A stretch of 64,000 bases of DNA from Mobula hypostoma (Eukaryota). The notes under the pieces are model-generated. The model was not told the DNA's origin. It was given only the letters and a program-made list of their open reading frames with translations, and ran no database searches. The stretch covers positions 239,012,001 through 239,076,000 of the forward strand of contig NC_086097.1 in NCBI RefSeq assembly GCF_963921235.1, written 5' to 3'. Shown here one piece after another: positions 39,301 through 53,430 of this stretch. Position numbers and translations under genes: made by a program. Within the stretch, counting starts at the first letter, position 1. Each line of letters starts with the position of its first letter.

Positions 39301-39487
39301 GTCATACTGGTTCCAATAATAACTTATAGTTCTTAATATATTTAGTAACTTCTACAAACTTCCACAGGTTGAATAGCAAAATTCCACAGTTGATGCATAT
39401 CTGAAGTAAAACAGAAAATACTGAACACTTTCAGCAGGTCAGGCAGTGCCTTTGGAGATAATGACAAGAGTAACTTATGAGACCAAT

Positions 39488-39848
39488 GGAATCAGAACCG
39501 GTAAACCTCACTAATCCGAAATGTTACCTGTTGTCTTTTAATCCAGTGATACTGTTCAATCTGCTGAATATTTCCAAAAGTTTGGTATATTTCAAACTTT
39601 CAGTGTTTGTCTATGATCTATAGAGCATGAAATCAATGTGATTTACTGTTGCCATTTTTTTTTTTGTTCATCGGGACTAAAATGTATTATCTGGCAAAAA
39701 TTAATAGTCAATAAATGTGCCTTCAGACAGTCATATCTGCTCATGGAGAAGGCTTTGGGGGGTAAGCCCCAAGGGAAAACTCCAGAGATGGAGTCCCTAA
39801 GGCAGTCCTACATTGACTAAATGCTGACTGGCAACTCCTGTGATGCAG
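39488..39848 (+). repeat. Local duplication, copy 1 (copy 2 at 42000-42361)
   Basis: Co-linear by eye over about 360 bp, from ggaatcagaac to gcaactcctgt.atgcag. Confidence 0.9.
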
Positions 39849-40743
39849 CTGGTGCCAAACCGTATCAGTCTTTGCCGTTCCTTTGGGTTCATCAGATGCG
39901 TGGAGAGGGGGATCCTGCTACGTACAGCAGCTTGCTCTCCATATTGTACTGTCTAGGCTTACGTACCTAGACAACTAGGACAAAATATCCATGGTTGATC
40001 CTGACCAATGGATGCCTCCACCACTATTTACTGTTAGTTGTCTAATCCACACCAGTAACCCTGCAACTTAATGCAAGCCCAAATCAATTTTAATCATATG
40101 GAAATGTCACAAATGCTATTTAAGTTATTTAAAACAGTTCTGATGTCTTAGGTTTGTATTAAGTTGGCTTCATTCAATTGCTTAATCATTACAAATACAC
40201 TTTCATTGGAGTGCTCAAATACAAAAAGTTTTCAGGTTGTTTTGAACTTACAACTACCAACTACAAGATAAATCTTCTCACAGACTCAGAGAATGTACCC
40301 TACATTCTATGGACTACTAACAACTGAGAGTTAGCAAAGCTCAAGCAATTGTTTAAACTGTCATACAAGATAATTAGAAAAAGCTTGAACCACAAGATAT
40401 GCAGTAGATGATTGAATTTCTAAGATGATATTTAAAACTAAATTCAATTAAGTTTTGAACAATGTATTTTCACAAGCTAGCACACAAGGAACACGTCAAA
40501 GTTACACCAATGGAACAATGGGGATCATGTTATTTAAGAAAATAATACTTGATCCTTGAGATGCATTAACTACATTCAACAAAGAAAGTAATTGTTATAA
40601 GAGCAGCGGAAGATTTTCTTGTGTAGATACAGTTCTTATCCTAGATAATTGTAGAAATGGATCATTCAAGTTCAAGTTTAATACAGCTAAAGGAAAGAAT
40701 ATTCCTCTGGGGACAAGGTGGAAAGCATAGAATATACAGGTCA

Positions 40744-41061
<318 letters not shown>

Positions 41062-41999
41062 TCATAGAATCACAGGGCATTAAATGCAGAATGACAGCAT
41101 CTGAAATATGAGGGCAATATCAAACCCATGTCCTAAACATGGGTGATCACTTTAAAAATGAGAAGCGAATTCGGAACCCAAAATAGAAAAAGAATACATC
41201 CTGATAACGTTAGGTTGAGTTCTGATAAAGCATATCAAAATGTCGACTGTTTATTCCTCTGCATCGATGCTGCACGAGCTCCTAATTTCCTTCAGCATTT
41301 TGTCATAGAGTCATTAAATGCTACATTACAGAAACAGGCCCTTCAGCACATGTGTTCCATGCTGAACTATTAATCTGCCTAGTCCTGTCAACCTTCACCC
41401 AAGCTATACCCTTCCCTACCCCTCCCATCCATATTGCTATCAAAATTTCTCTTAAATGTTGAAATCAAGCCTGCATCTAACATTTCTGCTGACAGCGTGT
41501 TCTACACTCTCACCACCCTCTGTATGCTGTGAAGTTTGTTGTATTGTGGCAGCAGTATAGTTCAATGCATAATGAGGTTACCATAATTTACAGTAAGCAA
41601 AATAGCAAATAACTAAGTGGTTCAATTTGAGAACAAAAGAATAGAGAGGTATTGTTTATAGATTGTTTCATTGTCCATTTAGAAATCAGATGGCAGAGAG
41701 GAAGAAACTGTTCCTGAATTGTTGAGTGTGTGTCTTCAGACTCCTTTATCTCCTCCCTGACTGTAGCAAGGAGAAGAGTGCATATCCTGGGTGATGATAG
41801 CTTTACCCCCACCAATCCACTAAGAAACCAAACTAAACCAAAGTTTATTTATTTATTTATGAGGTACAACGTGGAATAGGCCCCTCCAGCTCTTCAAGTC
41901 ACACTACTCAACAATCCGTTGCTTCAATCTTAGCCTAATCACGGGACAATTTACAATGACCAATTAACCTACCAACCAGTATATCCTTGGACTGTGGGA

Positions 42000-42361
42000 G
42001 GAATCAGAACTGGTAAAGCTCATTAATCTGAAATGTTACCTCTTGTCTCTTAATCCGGTGATACTGTTCAATTTGCTGAATATTTCCAAAAGTTTTGGTA
42101 TATTTCAAACTTTCAGTATTCGTCCATGATCAATACAATATGAAATCAATGTGATTTACTGTTGCCATTTTTTATTTTTGTTCATCAGAACTAAAATGTA
42201 TCATCTGGCAAAAATTAATATTCAATAATTCGCCTTGAGACAGTTATACCCAGTCATGGGGAAGGCGTTGGGGGTAAGCCCCAAGGGAAAACTCTGGAGA
42301 TGGAGTCCCTAATGCAGCCCTACAGTGACTTAAATGCTGACTGGCAACTCCTGTAATGCAG
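42000..42361 (+). repeat. Local duplication, copy 2, inserted in a SINE
   Basis: Flanked by the two halves of an HE1/V-SINE-like element (41860-42000 and about 42370-42455). Confidence 0.9.
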
Positions 42362-42924
42362 AATATAGAATGTCTTTACAGACAGCGACGGCGATTGAAC
42401 GCGGACCACTGGTACTCTAAAGCATAGTGCTAACTACTACACTACCCTGCCGCCCAAAGTTATTGTGCAATTTGCTCATGGCTCTACACAAGATACCCTT
42501 TGTACATTATATCATTGGATGGTTCACTTTTCTTAAAATTGCTGATATCAGATGAACAATCGAAACAGAAATGTCACAACTTCAAAGAATATATTGGGTT
42601 AGAGCCATTGAATTAGCACTTGCGGTGGAGCCCTACATGACTGATGCACATATAAAGAATATAAACATAGATCAAATGTATGGTGCACAGTTTTCTATTT
42701 ATTAAGTCATGTACCTATTATAGTTGCTAGAAGTGATAGAAATTTTGAGTGTATCTGACTCTTCGTTTAGTTTTAGTAAAAACACTGGCCTGAGTGGATC
42801 AATACCACCTGCATTATTTCATGTTAGCAATTGCAATGTTATAATTACAGAAAAAAACAGTTGGCATCAGGCGTGACCTATTTTAGTTTACTTTCTGGCT
42901 TTTGAAAACGCCTGATGAAATGTT

Positions 42925-43567
42925 CACTCAGTGGCCAATTCATTAGGTGTACCTGTACACCAGCTCATGAAAGCAAATCTCGAACCATCCAATAATGGGG
43001 CAGCAACTCAATGCATAAAAGCATGCAGACACAGTCATGAGGTTCATCTCTCGGTCAGACCAAACATCAGAATGGGGAACAATTGTGATTTAAATTCATT
43101 TGATAATTGGTCCCTGATGGGGTGGTTTGAGTATAGCAGAAACGGCTGATCTCCTGGGATTTTCAAGCACCACAGTCTCTAAAGCAGACGTTCCCAACCT
43201 TTTTTTTAAGCCAAAGACCCCAGGTTGGGAACCACTGCTTGAGAGTTTACAAAGTATGTTGTGATAAAGAAACAAAAGAAAAAATCCAGTGAGTGGCAAT
43301 TCTGTGGGTGAAAATGCTTTGTTGACGAGAGAGGTCAGCGGGAAATGTTCAGACTGGTTCAAGCTGACAGGAAGGCAACAGAAACTCAAGTAAATATGTG
43401 TTACAGGAGTGGTGTTCAGAAGATCATCTCTGAATGGATAACACATCAAACCTTGATGTGGATGGCAGCAACAGAAGAATGTGGAAATACAGCACTAGAA
43501 GAACACAAGCATAGACTTGGGCCACTTTATTAAATACATACATACCGAATAAAGTGGCCACTGTGTG
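42925..43567 (+). mobile_element. Non-autonomous Tc1/mariner-like element
   Basis: Imperfect TIRs cactcagtggccaattcattaggt / accgaataaagtggccactgtgtg followed by TA; transposase N-terminal remnant. Confidence 0.75.
43185..43237. mobile_element. 53-bp hAT-like MITE nested in the Tc1 element
   Basis: TIRs cagacgttcccaacct / aggttgggaaccactg; decayed 8-bp TSD ctctaaag / cttgagag. Confidence 0.6.
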
Positions 43568-44639
43568 TATCTTCTGCTGAAAAGCTTCCACAGAAGCTAC
43601 CTTCTAAAGTCCTTCTGAAGGGCATTTCAACTTTCCTTCAGAAATGAACTACACTTCACTGTTTCAAAGCACCACTGTGATTACCCCCAAAGCAACAAAA
43701 CCAAACGTGAATTGTTAATGAACCCATGCCATGCTCCACTATTCCACTTCATTGCTCAGTCAGTTCACAAAGTTCGGAGTTTGTGCCTGATACAGAATAA
43801 AAGATACAGGGTAAATTTTGCAAAGCAAGCATTTTACTTGAGAAGAAAAAAAAATGTTGAGCTTTTGGACATTATAATTCACAGCACTCTAGGTTTACTA
43901 GGCATTAAATTTAATGACTGGATGATGGTGCATTACAAATGAAGCAAGTTGGATGTCACAGCTCCGGGAGAGTAGAGCTTAACAACATCTGACTTTTCAG
44001 TAAGTGCTGAGATAACATGATGGTTGAAATTCTCAAAACCTGAAGCACACATGACACTTTGCTCCCAGTTCAATGACTTCTCATATAAATAAATTTGAAC
44101 ACATGATAGTTAATCTCTCCAAATTGAAATGGAAATCTCTGTGTTTGTTTTTTTTTGGAACATCTACCTAGTTAGAGAGGAACTACAATTATTAGTAATG
44201 AATGTAGGGGCTCAGAAATGTTACATAAATATTGAAGAGTCATGACCTTAAAGTTCATTGTTATTAATTTTGGTAATATCTCTATCCATCTATCTAATGT
44301 AATCTTGTCTCTAAATGAGTTTGACAGGTAATCACACAGTGGCTTGGGCTGAAGTGTTAATCGTCTTCTATTTATCCTGAAAGCCATATAAACTGTAGAG
44401 ATGTAAGCATTGTTATACTCAGATTATTCTCACAGAGTTTCTCTACTTGTTTTAATGTTTTTTTTAAGATTTGCAGTACTCATTCATATAATCAAACCAA
44501 TGTTTCCTTCCAGACAACATCAGTAAAAATATGGTAAGATAATAGATTTCCTCAATCACTGACTCCACTTGAATAAAGAACAATCTACGTTTGTACAAAG
44601 CATACTTTATAAAACTTCTAACGTCCTCCAACAGTAACT

Positions 44640-45005
44640 GAGCAGCTGTGGAGAGATATAGACAGGTTAAGTGAGTGAGCAAGGGTCTGGCAGGTGGAGT
44701 ACAATGTTGATAAACGCAGGGGAAAGTGAGTAGAAAATAGAACAGATAGTCATATAAATGAGGAGAAACCACTTTTCCCAGAGAGTAATGGATCTGGAGA
44801 GTTCTCTGCCCAGAGAGGCAATGGAGGCTAGCACATTAAATATATTTAAGACACAGTTAGATTTTTGCATAACAGGGCAATAAAGGGTTATGAGAAAAAA
44901 GTCAAATAGTTGAAACTAAATCCATGGCCAGATCAGCCATGACTCTAAATGGCAAAATAGGCTCAATGGGCCAGATAGCCTACTCCTGTTCCTATTTTTT
45001 ATGCT
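44640..45005 (+). mobile_element. CR1-like fragments
   Basis: RT remnant (gagagatatagacaggttaagtgagtg) joined to a CR1 3' UTR. Confidence 0.6.
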
Positions 45006-45894
45006 CCCTCTTTCTTCCTAGAATATTCACATAATCGTATTCCAACTTTGCCTCTTTTTCCAGTATCCAATTTTATTGCTTCTTCATTATCAAGGACAGG
45101 TTTAGCACACTGGGTAGGAGGTTACACAAAGACCAGGAGTTGAATTGTCACCTATGTATAGTACAGAACTATGTTCCAATGCTAGACACACATCTAGCCA
45201 AGTTATTCCATCCTGGCCAATTACCATCCCATCAGTCTGCTCTCAATAATCAACAGAAGAGCTATCAAAAAGCACTTGCTCTTCAGCAACCTAACCCGAT
45301 GCTCAGTTTGAACTGGTCAGGAACACTCTGCCCCAGGCTTTATTATTACCTTGGATCAAAGAGCTGAATTCAAATGATGAGATGAGTGGTACTACAGGTA
45401 GCACTTAACCGAGGGATGTAACGGTCCGCTAAACGTGAAGTCAGTGGAAACCAAGACCAAAAACTCTTGAGTATCTGCTGTCAGACTGAGTACAAAGAAG
45501 AATGCTTGTCCTTGGAGATCAATCATCTCATATGGAGGACAATACTGCAAGAGTCTCTCAGGGTAATGTTCAATCATCCTCAAGGACTTCATCAAAGATA
45601 TTCAGAAGAGCAGCTGTATTCCTATGATGGTGAAGTGTCACTTTCACTTACAAATCCTCAGATTTGGACACTCCCTAGATGCACTGTTTAGAATCTAGGA
45701 ACCTACAGCGGTCAAACCCTGGATCTCAATTACCCAGGGCAGCAGATGCATAGGAAATCCCCCATCTGCATCTCCTTTCAATAGGATACCGACCAGAAAC
45801 GCAAATATATCACTGTCCCTTAATTGTCACCATCGAAGTTCTTGAATTCCCTCCTAAAAAGTGGAAACATAAATAGATCTACTTGAACTATAGG

Positions 45895-46340
45895 AGTCCA
45901 TAGAGTCGTAGGATGCTATAGCACAGAAATAGGCACTTCAGCCCATCTAGTCCATTCTGAACTATTAATCTGCTTTGTCCCTGTTGATGTGCACCCAGAT
46001 TATCGCTTTCCATACACCTCCCATCATGTACCTATCTCCAAACTGCTGAAACTGTACTTGGGATCCACCATTTCCACTGGCAACTCATTCCACACTCTCA
46101 GGTCCTCAAATCCTGGCAACATCCTAGTAAATTTTCTCTGCATTCCTTATACAACTGCAACATGACATCCCAATTCCTGTACTCAGTACTTTGATTTATG
46201 AAGGACGATGTACCAAAAGCTTTCATTACAACCCTTGCCACCTGTGACACCATTCTCAAAGAATTATAGATCTGTATTCCCAGATCCCTCTGTTCGTCGC
46301 ACTCTTCAGTGTCCTACCACTCACCATGTAAGTCCTACCC
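45895..46340 (-). mobile_element. CR1-like 3' fragment
   Basis: Homologous to 35270-35990. Confidence 0.65.
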
Positions 46341-47199
46341 TTTTAAATTTCTTTACAATGTTCACTATCACAGTTCAAAACAGGTGGTTTATAGATTATG
46401 AACAAGGAAGGAGAATAAATGTTGATCTTGACAACAAAAGCCACAGCCCACAACAGAATATAAATCATGCAGCTGACTTCAGTTCCTTCTGATTCTCCAA
46501 CTCTTGGCTGGAGGACTTTCTTCTTGTGCACCAGTATCTGTGACCAGCTTGACTCTAAAATTTTTCATATTAACCAAAGATGTAAATATTTTGTCCCACT
46601 TCTCCAAACCATGTCTGGCTTCTACCAGTTTCCTCCATATTACTTGAGACTCCATCATCCTTAAAGGCTTCCCCATGGACGAAGGATTTCACAGTGTATA
46701 CCCATCATCCCTCTCATGCGGCCTGTCCCCTTAGGCATCTTTGACACACTGCAATTTACTGGTCTAATTTTAGCATTATATACAGCTCACAACTCAATAT
46801 CCCTGCCCTCTCGAATTGTTCGTTTTTCATCCCTGCTGCTTTAACATATGATGCGTATCCCACTTTCCTGATAACTTCTAAATCCTAAACAATGTCAGCA
46901 TCTGACTTACAAGCTGAAAGTGTATCCACTGTCCTGTTGCTATCCCTCCACTGCTTGCTTAGATTACAGTTCTAAACCAAAATATCTCTCAGGCAAAATT
47001 GTGGCACGGGAAAAGGGAAAATAAAAAGCTGCAGGTTTCAAACTTCTGCAAATCGTAAACTAGATGAAAGTAAGATGTGCGAAGAATTGGGTAAAACAGT
47101 GCTATCATTATCATTGATTTCCAACAAGCCATTGGCAAGAGCTCAGTAATGGGCCACTGGGTTAAAGCTAACATCATCTCTACATTATGCTTCCCTGCA

Positions 47200-47682
47200 G
47201 CATAGGATGTAAATAAGGTTGAAAGAGTACAGAGAAAATTTACGAGGATGTTGCCAAGTCTGGATGGCCTGAGTTATAAGGAAGGATTGAATAGGTTTAG
47301 ACTTTATGCCTTGGAAAATAGAAGATTGAGGGGAGATTTGATAGAGGTACACAAAATTATGGAGGGTAGAGATATGGTAAATACAAGCAGGCTTTTTCCA
47401 CTGAGGTTGGGTGAGACCGGAGCTAGAGGTCATACGTTAAGGATGAAAGGTGAAATATTTAAGGGGAACTTCTTCACTCAGAGGGTGGTGTGTGGAACGA
47501 GCTGCCAGCAGAAGTGGTAGATGTAGGTTTGATTTCAACATTGAAGAGAAGTTTAGGTAAGTACATTGATGAGAGAAGTATGGTCCAGGTACAGGTCAGT
47601 GGGACTAGGTAGAATAATAGTTTAGCACAGACCAGATGGACTGAAGGGCCTGTTTCTGTGATGCAGTCCTCTATGACTATGT
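47200..47682 (+). mobile_element. CR1-like 3' fragment
   Basis: ORF 47248-47520 (MLPSLDGLSYKEGLNR..LY.LE.RRLRGDLIEVHKIM.G). Confidence 0.8.
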
Positions 47683-49239
47683 CTCTTCCAAAGAGTGTTA
47701 GGACACTTGTCTGGGAGTGAGAATGTTATGAAACATGGGCACGAATCATCAACAATGCTAAGTAACTGAGGGCAGAAAGAAGGATGTCAAAGTAAGATAC
47801 AGGTTCTTATTGTTTGAGTTTGATAATACAAATGCAATGGTGAGTTGAGTTGTAGGAATGTAATTGTGCTGCAAGTGGGAACTGATACTTGAGAATGTGT
47901 TAATTGACTCTGAATATTCTCATGAGTTCATTGAAGTTGTTGCAGCGCTAGGACTTATCTCCTGGCATGGAATTCTCAGGCTATCTCTCTATCCACAGTT
48001 GGAATGAAGAGCTCTTGGAACCGCTAATCCACCAACCCGTCCTGTAGGTATCTGTTCTGATTTCTACCTCAACTGTCTTCTGAAAATCCTGACCACTGTT
48101 GCTGTCCATGTGGAGTTTGCATGTTCTCCCTAGAACACCCTGGTATCCTCCCAAAGGCAGAATGGTTAGTTAATGGGACACCACGAATTGCCATTAGTGT
48201 GTAGGTCCCAAGATTGAGGAAAAATTTGGGAAGAGATGGTGAAAAGGCAGGGCAGAGGAAAATGCGATTAATTTAGGGTTTGTATAAATGGAATGCAGTA
48301 GGTAAGCAGGGATTCAATGGGCCAAATGACCTGTTTTCGTGCTGTATTTTTCAGTAATGCTCTGATTTCTATACCATCTGCTTTAGCCATAATGTACATC
48401 TCTTTTAAGAACTGTAGTTAGATTTAAGCATCACAGATTACAAGTAGGCAGATTTTACTGTGATGTTGAGTATTTTTGATGAGATCTGAGCCACTGGGTG
48501 GGGCTACAAGCACTGACTAGGCACAACAGTCATTGAAACAAAAGGGGGGTACAATGCTGGTGCATCGGCTGCATTTCTAGGGTGATAAAAAATCTAGTCT
48601 CCTTTATATCTGGTCTGTACACCTTTCTTGGGTCCATTGATGATCCCAGTCTACTGACTTAATAATGCATTAGTTATATTGGCCAGGAGAGTGTATGAAT
48701 AGAAAATGGAGGCATTCCCCTGGGAAAAGTTGTCAGGGAAGATGGCATAGTAAAATGAATGTGCCCGAGACCCCCTTCTCATCTCAATAAAATAAGATGT
48801 TTCATTTCTTTTGGCAGTTAAGGTGAATAAATACTCCCTTAAAACTGGCATATCTTATTGTCTCCTTGTAAAGCAATCTTCCTTTGACAAATCCTGAGGT
48901 TTACAGAAACACCCAAAAGGAATTCCTACACTATCCAATTTCTTGCTTTAATGTTACTTCGTAGACTAGCTGCCAGAGCTCTCGACCATCAAATCCTGCC
49001 AGCTGGGAAATCAGAGAAAAAGATACTAATCTTAGGAAACAGAAACTAAATTGCTGTTTCCCTGAGGCCTGAGGGAAGAAAATCTGCAACTGTTACCTCA
49101 GTGTGGCTAAATTTGACTCCTGACCCATCAATATTGAATTTTAACTGCCTCCTTGGTGTGAGGGAAATTAAATATGGACAGTAACGGTTACTTTTATCAG
49201 TGTATCAGTAAAGCCAGCACAAAGTCGCATCTGTCTCCA

Positions 49240-49812
49240 TTTATAAGACTCTAGTTTGGCCACATCTGGAGGATTGCATATACTTCTAGTTGCTCCATTA
49301 TCGGAAGGATGTCAGGGATTTGGAGAGGCTACAGAAGAGGTTTACCAGGATGTTGCCAGGATTGGAAGGCATGTCCTACCACAACAGGTTGGACAAAACT
49401 GTGTTGTTTTCTCTGGAGTGGCGGGGCTGAAGAGAGATCTGACAGATGTTTATAAAGTTATGAGAGGCAGAGACAAAGTGGACAGACAGTATCTTTTTCC
49501 CAGGGTTGAAATGCTTAATACCAGAGGGCATATATTTAAGGTAAAAACTTGAGATGTGAAGGGCATGTGTTTTACACTGAGAGTGATGAATGGCTGGAAT
49601 GTGCTATCTGGGATGGTGGTAGAGACAGATAGATTCAAGATTTTTAAGAGACGCTTAGATAGGTACATGAATGTGAGGAAAATGGAAGGATATGGACCTT
49701 GCGTAGGCATTAGGGATTAGTTTAGTTAGCTATTTGATAATTAGTTTATGGATTTATTAATTTATGGATTGAAGAGTTTGTTCCTGTATTGTACAGTTCT
49801 ATGTTCTCTGTT
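49240..49812 (+). mobile_element. CR1-like 3' fragment
   Basis: DLTDVYKVMRGRDKVDRQYLFPRVEMLNTRGH plus 3' UTR. Confidence 0.75.
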
Positions 49813-51224
49813 TTATGTAGTACCAATCTTGCCATAACTTTCAGATTCAAATAGTACCTCTCACTCACTGGAAGTAATGGCCGTGTGAAAACTCCCAGTG
49901 GAAATGTATGTTGAAATTTATATGATTTATTATGGTTGATCAATTAATTAATTTTTTCCATTAAGCAAAGAACTGCAGTTTCAGAACTGTCAGGAAGTCT
50001 GTGCTATCTACTGAATGATCTTTGTAGGAATTGACCCTTTTTACTTTGCAATTAGTCTTAATTTCAAGCATTACTCAGAGATCTACATCGACATCCAAAT
50101 GCTCAATTTCAGAAAGCAGTCAACCGGGTTTTATCTAGTCACTAACCCTCTGAACAATTAAATATTCTGTGAGCAATCAGATACATAGATGTACCAAATA
50201 ATAGCATATATTCATCATTGTTTTCATTAAAAATACAAAAACATTATCGTTTTATAAATCAGCAACATAGCTTATTTTGTTGTTTGTGTATGGAAAGCAG
50301 CATTTTTTATTAGATATCTGTGCCTTAATTCCTTAATCCAATTAATGGTAATAGGTTGTAGTCTATTATACAGCTAATCAATATTTATAGGTCAGTATGA
50401 TTTGATTAGAAAATAATTAATGTGTTTGTTCTGTTGTTTAATGTCCAATTCTTCCACAGTGTAACATTGAATCAATGCTCTGCATATAAACAATAGTATT
50501 ATGAACAGAAGCAACTCAGCCAGATGAATGTTGGTCTCACAAACTGAATTTTCATATTCAGACATGAGAGGATTTCCAGACTGTACACAAAGGCAAATCA
50601 ATTATTAAAAAAATCTTCTACAGAAAACTGGCCTTTACATGGAAACTTGAAGCATAAAAGCTGTTTAATATGATGTGCAGCTATTTCATTCACTACACAC
50701 AGTATTACTTACTTTTTACTCACTTTGCTGGCTTGATACTGTGTAGAAATAGTTGTTATTTGCAGACAAGGCTTGACTTTGAGCTTCAGTGGGCTTTTGG
50801 GAATAGGGAACATTGTGGCTGACCCTTTTCACACATACTGTACGCTAAATAAGATTTCCATTTAGTGATTTGTACAAAACTCCCCAATGTATTTAAGTTC
50901 CCTTCCTGAACAAGTTATAAGGTGAGAAGTGAAAGCTGCAGCTAACAGATTCTCAGACTGAGATCAGGTTTTAATTTTCATTGCAATTGAAAACATCACC
51001 TTAAGTTATGAATAAATGTCAGGTAGAGAGCTCCCACTGCATAATAAACCAGGCAATTTGCATAAATAATTACCTAACATTTTGACAAGTATAGAACAGA
51101 AATATCTACATTTTATTACAAATTTTATTCAGGTTTTTTATTTCACAGAATGCTTTGAAGTTACTTCAAAATCCTTCAAAAGTGTGAATTCTCACAAGGC
51201 ATCAGGCCTCAGTGATCTTTAATG

Positions 51225-51560
51225 TTGAGAACCTGTGCCAACCAGCTGGCTGGACTGTTCAAGGACATCTTCAACTTCTTACTACTGCAGTTTGAGGTTC
51301 CCACCTGCTTCAAAAGGGCATTGAGCACACTGGTGACAAAGAAGAGCAGGGTGAACTGCTTCAAAGACTACCTACAGAACTGAACGGAACAACTACAGAA
51401 CTATAACAACTACATAAGTGAAGTACTTGGTGGTAATGGCTAGAACTAACTCCTGCCTGAGCCACAACAGGTCTAAGGGGATCACAATCTTACACGCTCT
51501 ACACTCTACTTCAAAGCACCAAACTATCATAAATCTTCCACCAAGCTATGTTTATCAGAA
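51225..51560 (+). mobile_element. Rex1/Babar-like RT fragment
   Basis: Homologous to the reverse complement of 2600-2960 (accagctggc...ttcaaggacatcttcaac...gaggttcccacctgcttcaa). Confidence 0.6.
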
Positions 51561-51579
51561 TCAGAATCAGTATATTGCC

Positions 51580-51925
51580 TAGCAGGCTGTTTCCACTGAG
51601 GTTGGGTAGGACTACAATCAGAGGTAAGGGTTAAGGGTGAAAGGTGAAAAGCTTAAGAGGAACATGAGGGAAACTTCTTCCTTCAGAGGGTCATGAGAGT
51701 GTGGAATCTCTGCCAGCTCAACTGGTGCAAGTAAGCTCGATTTCAAAATTTAAGCAAAGCTTGGATATGTACGTGGATGACAGGAGTATGGAGACCTGTG
51801 GTCCCGGTGCTGGTCAATGGGAGTAGATATAGTAGTTTAAATGATTTTGGCATGGACTAGATGGGCTGAAGGGCCTGTTTCTGTGCTGTAGGCTGTAGTT
51901 TTGTATGACTATTCCACGACTCTGT
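51580..51925 (+). mobile_element. CR1-like 3' end
   Basis: Same subfamily as 47380-47682. Confidence 0.7.
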
Positions 51926-52199
51926 GTGAAACATAACAGAATTGATTGTGGTTTGGTGCCAAGCACCAGATAAGAAAATAGCAACCAACAATTTACAAGA
52001 CAATAATGCAAACAGCCATCAGCAATAGACAATTAGTGCGTATGACAATAATTAAACTTAAACAAATGTGAACATATGAACATGCTGAATAATTATCAAC
52101 AGAACAAGTAAAGCAGGAAAGACCATTTTTTGGATGTTGTGCAAGGGTAATTAGGATATTAAATCTGAGTGAGTGTTCTCAAGAAGCTGAATAGCTGGA

Positions 52200-53430
52200 G
52201 GAAAGAAGCTTCAGAGAAGATGTGTAGTCCTGGTGGTGATGGACTTGTAGCATCTCCATGATGGTAACTTGGTAAATAGGTGACTTCTAGGATGGGTGAA
52301 GTCCGCAGTCATTTTTCCAGCTCGTTTCTTCGCTCTGGCGATGAACAGGCCTTTTAAGGTTAGTAGCTGACAACCATCTTCTCCACTGAGTGAACTACTC
52401 CTTGCAACCTGGACTTGGAGAGGGTGGAGGCAGCGGGAAACCAAACAGTGACAGAGATGATCACAACACTCTCAATGATGGTTGAGTAAAAACTCATCGG
52501 CCTACACCCTGAGATGTTAAGTTTCTAAAGCTGGTGTAAGAACAATCTCCGCTCGGCTTGCCCAGTGATGGGCCTACATGCTTGTCCCACTTCAATGTAT
52601 TGGTAATGGTAGTCCCCAGGTATTTGAATGGCTGTTGATAGCATTAAGCCCACATTATCCTGCAAGATAGTCCACCTCTCTTTGATAGCAAGTCACATCA
52701 TTATTAGAGATGAAACCACTACAAACATGTTACCTGCAAACTTTAGGATTGTAATGGATTTGTCTGTGGAGGTACAGTCACTTGTATAAATTGAGAATAG
52801 GAAGGGTGAAAGAATACAGTCCTGTGAAGAGTCTGTGCTCATAGGCATTGGACTGGACAAGTAGAAGCCCATCCTTACATACTGGTTCCTGTTTGTCAGG
52901 AAGTTTGTATTCCATTGATAGATACTGTACGGTACAGTTAGCTAGGTTAGCTTGCTGTGGAGCAGTTCCGGAACAATAGTGTTGAAGGCAGAACGAAAAT
53001 CCACAAACAAAGTCCTCACATCGGTGTTGGGGGAGTCCAAATGTTGAAGAATGTAGTGAAGGCACAAGTTAACCGCATCCTCAACTCTGTGATTTGCTCT
53101 GTAAGTGAACTGTAGTGGGTCAAGAAGAGGATCAGTCATGGACTTAAGGTAGGCCAACATCAGATTGTCAGAAGTTTTCATAACTACTGAAGTCAGAGCA
53201 ATTATCCTATAATCATTAAGTCCACTGATTTTGTCTTTCTTGGGACCCGAAATAATTGTCACAACTTTAAAGCAGTCCAGGGCCCTGCATAATTGGAGTG
53301 AGGAGTTAAATATCTCAGTGAAGACAGATGCTAGCTGATCCACAAATTGCCTTAGAGTACCGGGTTAGACACCATCATGACCTGCAGCTTTCCTGAAGTT
53401 CATTTTTCCAAATGGTTTGCGAACATCTTC
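52200..53430 (-). mobile_element. Rex1/Babar-like LINE (distinct subfamily), decayed RT
   Basis: ORF 52942-53343 (DQLASVFTEIFNSSL...LNDYRIIALTSVVMK...DPLQFTYRAN..VEDAV...LFVDFRSAFNTIVP). Confidence 0.85.
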
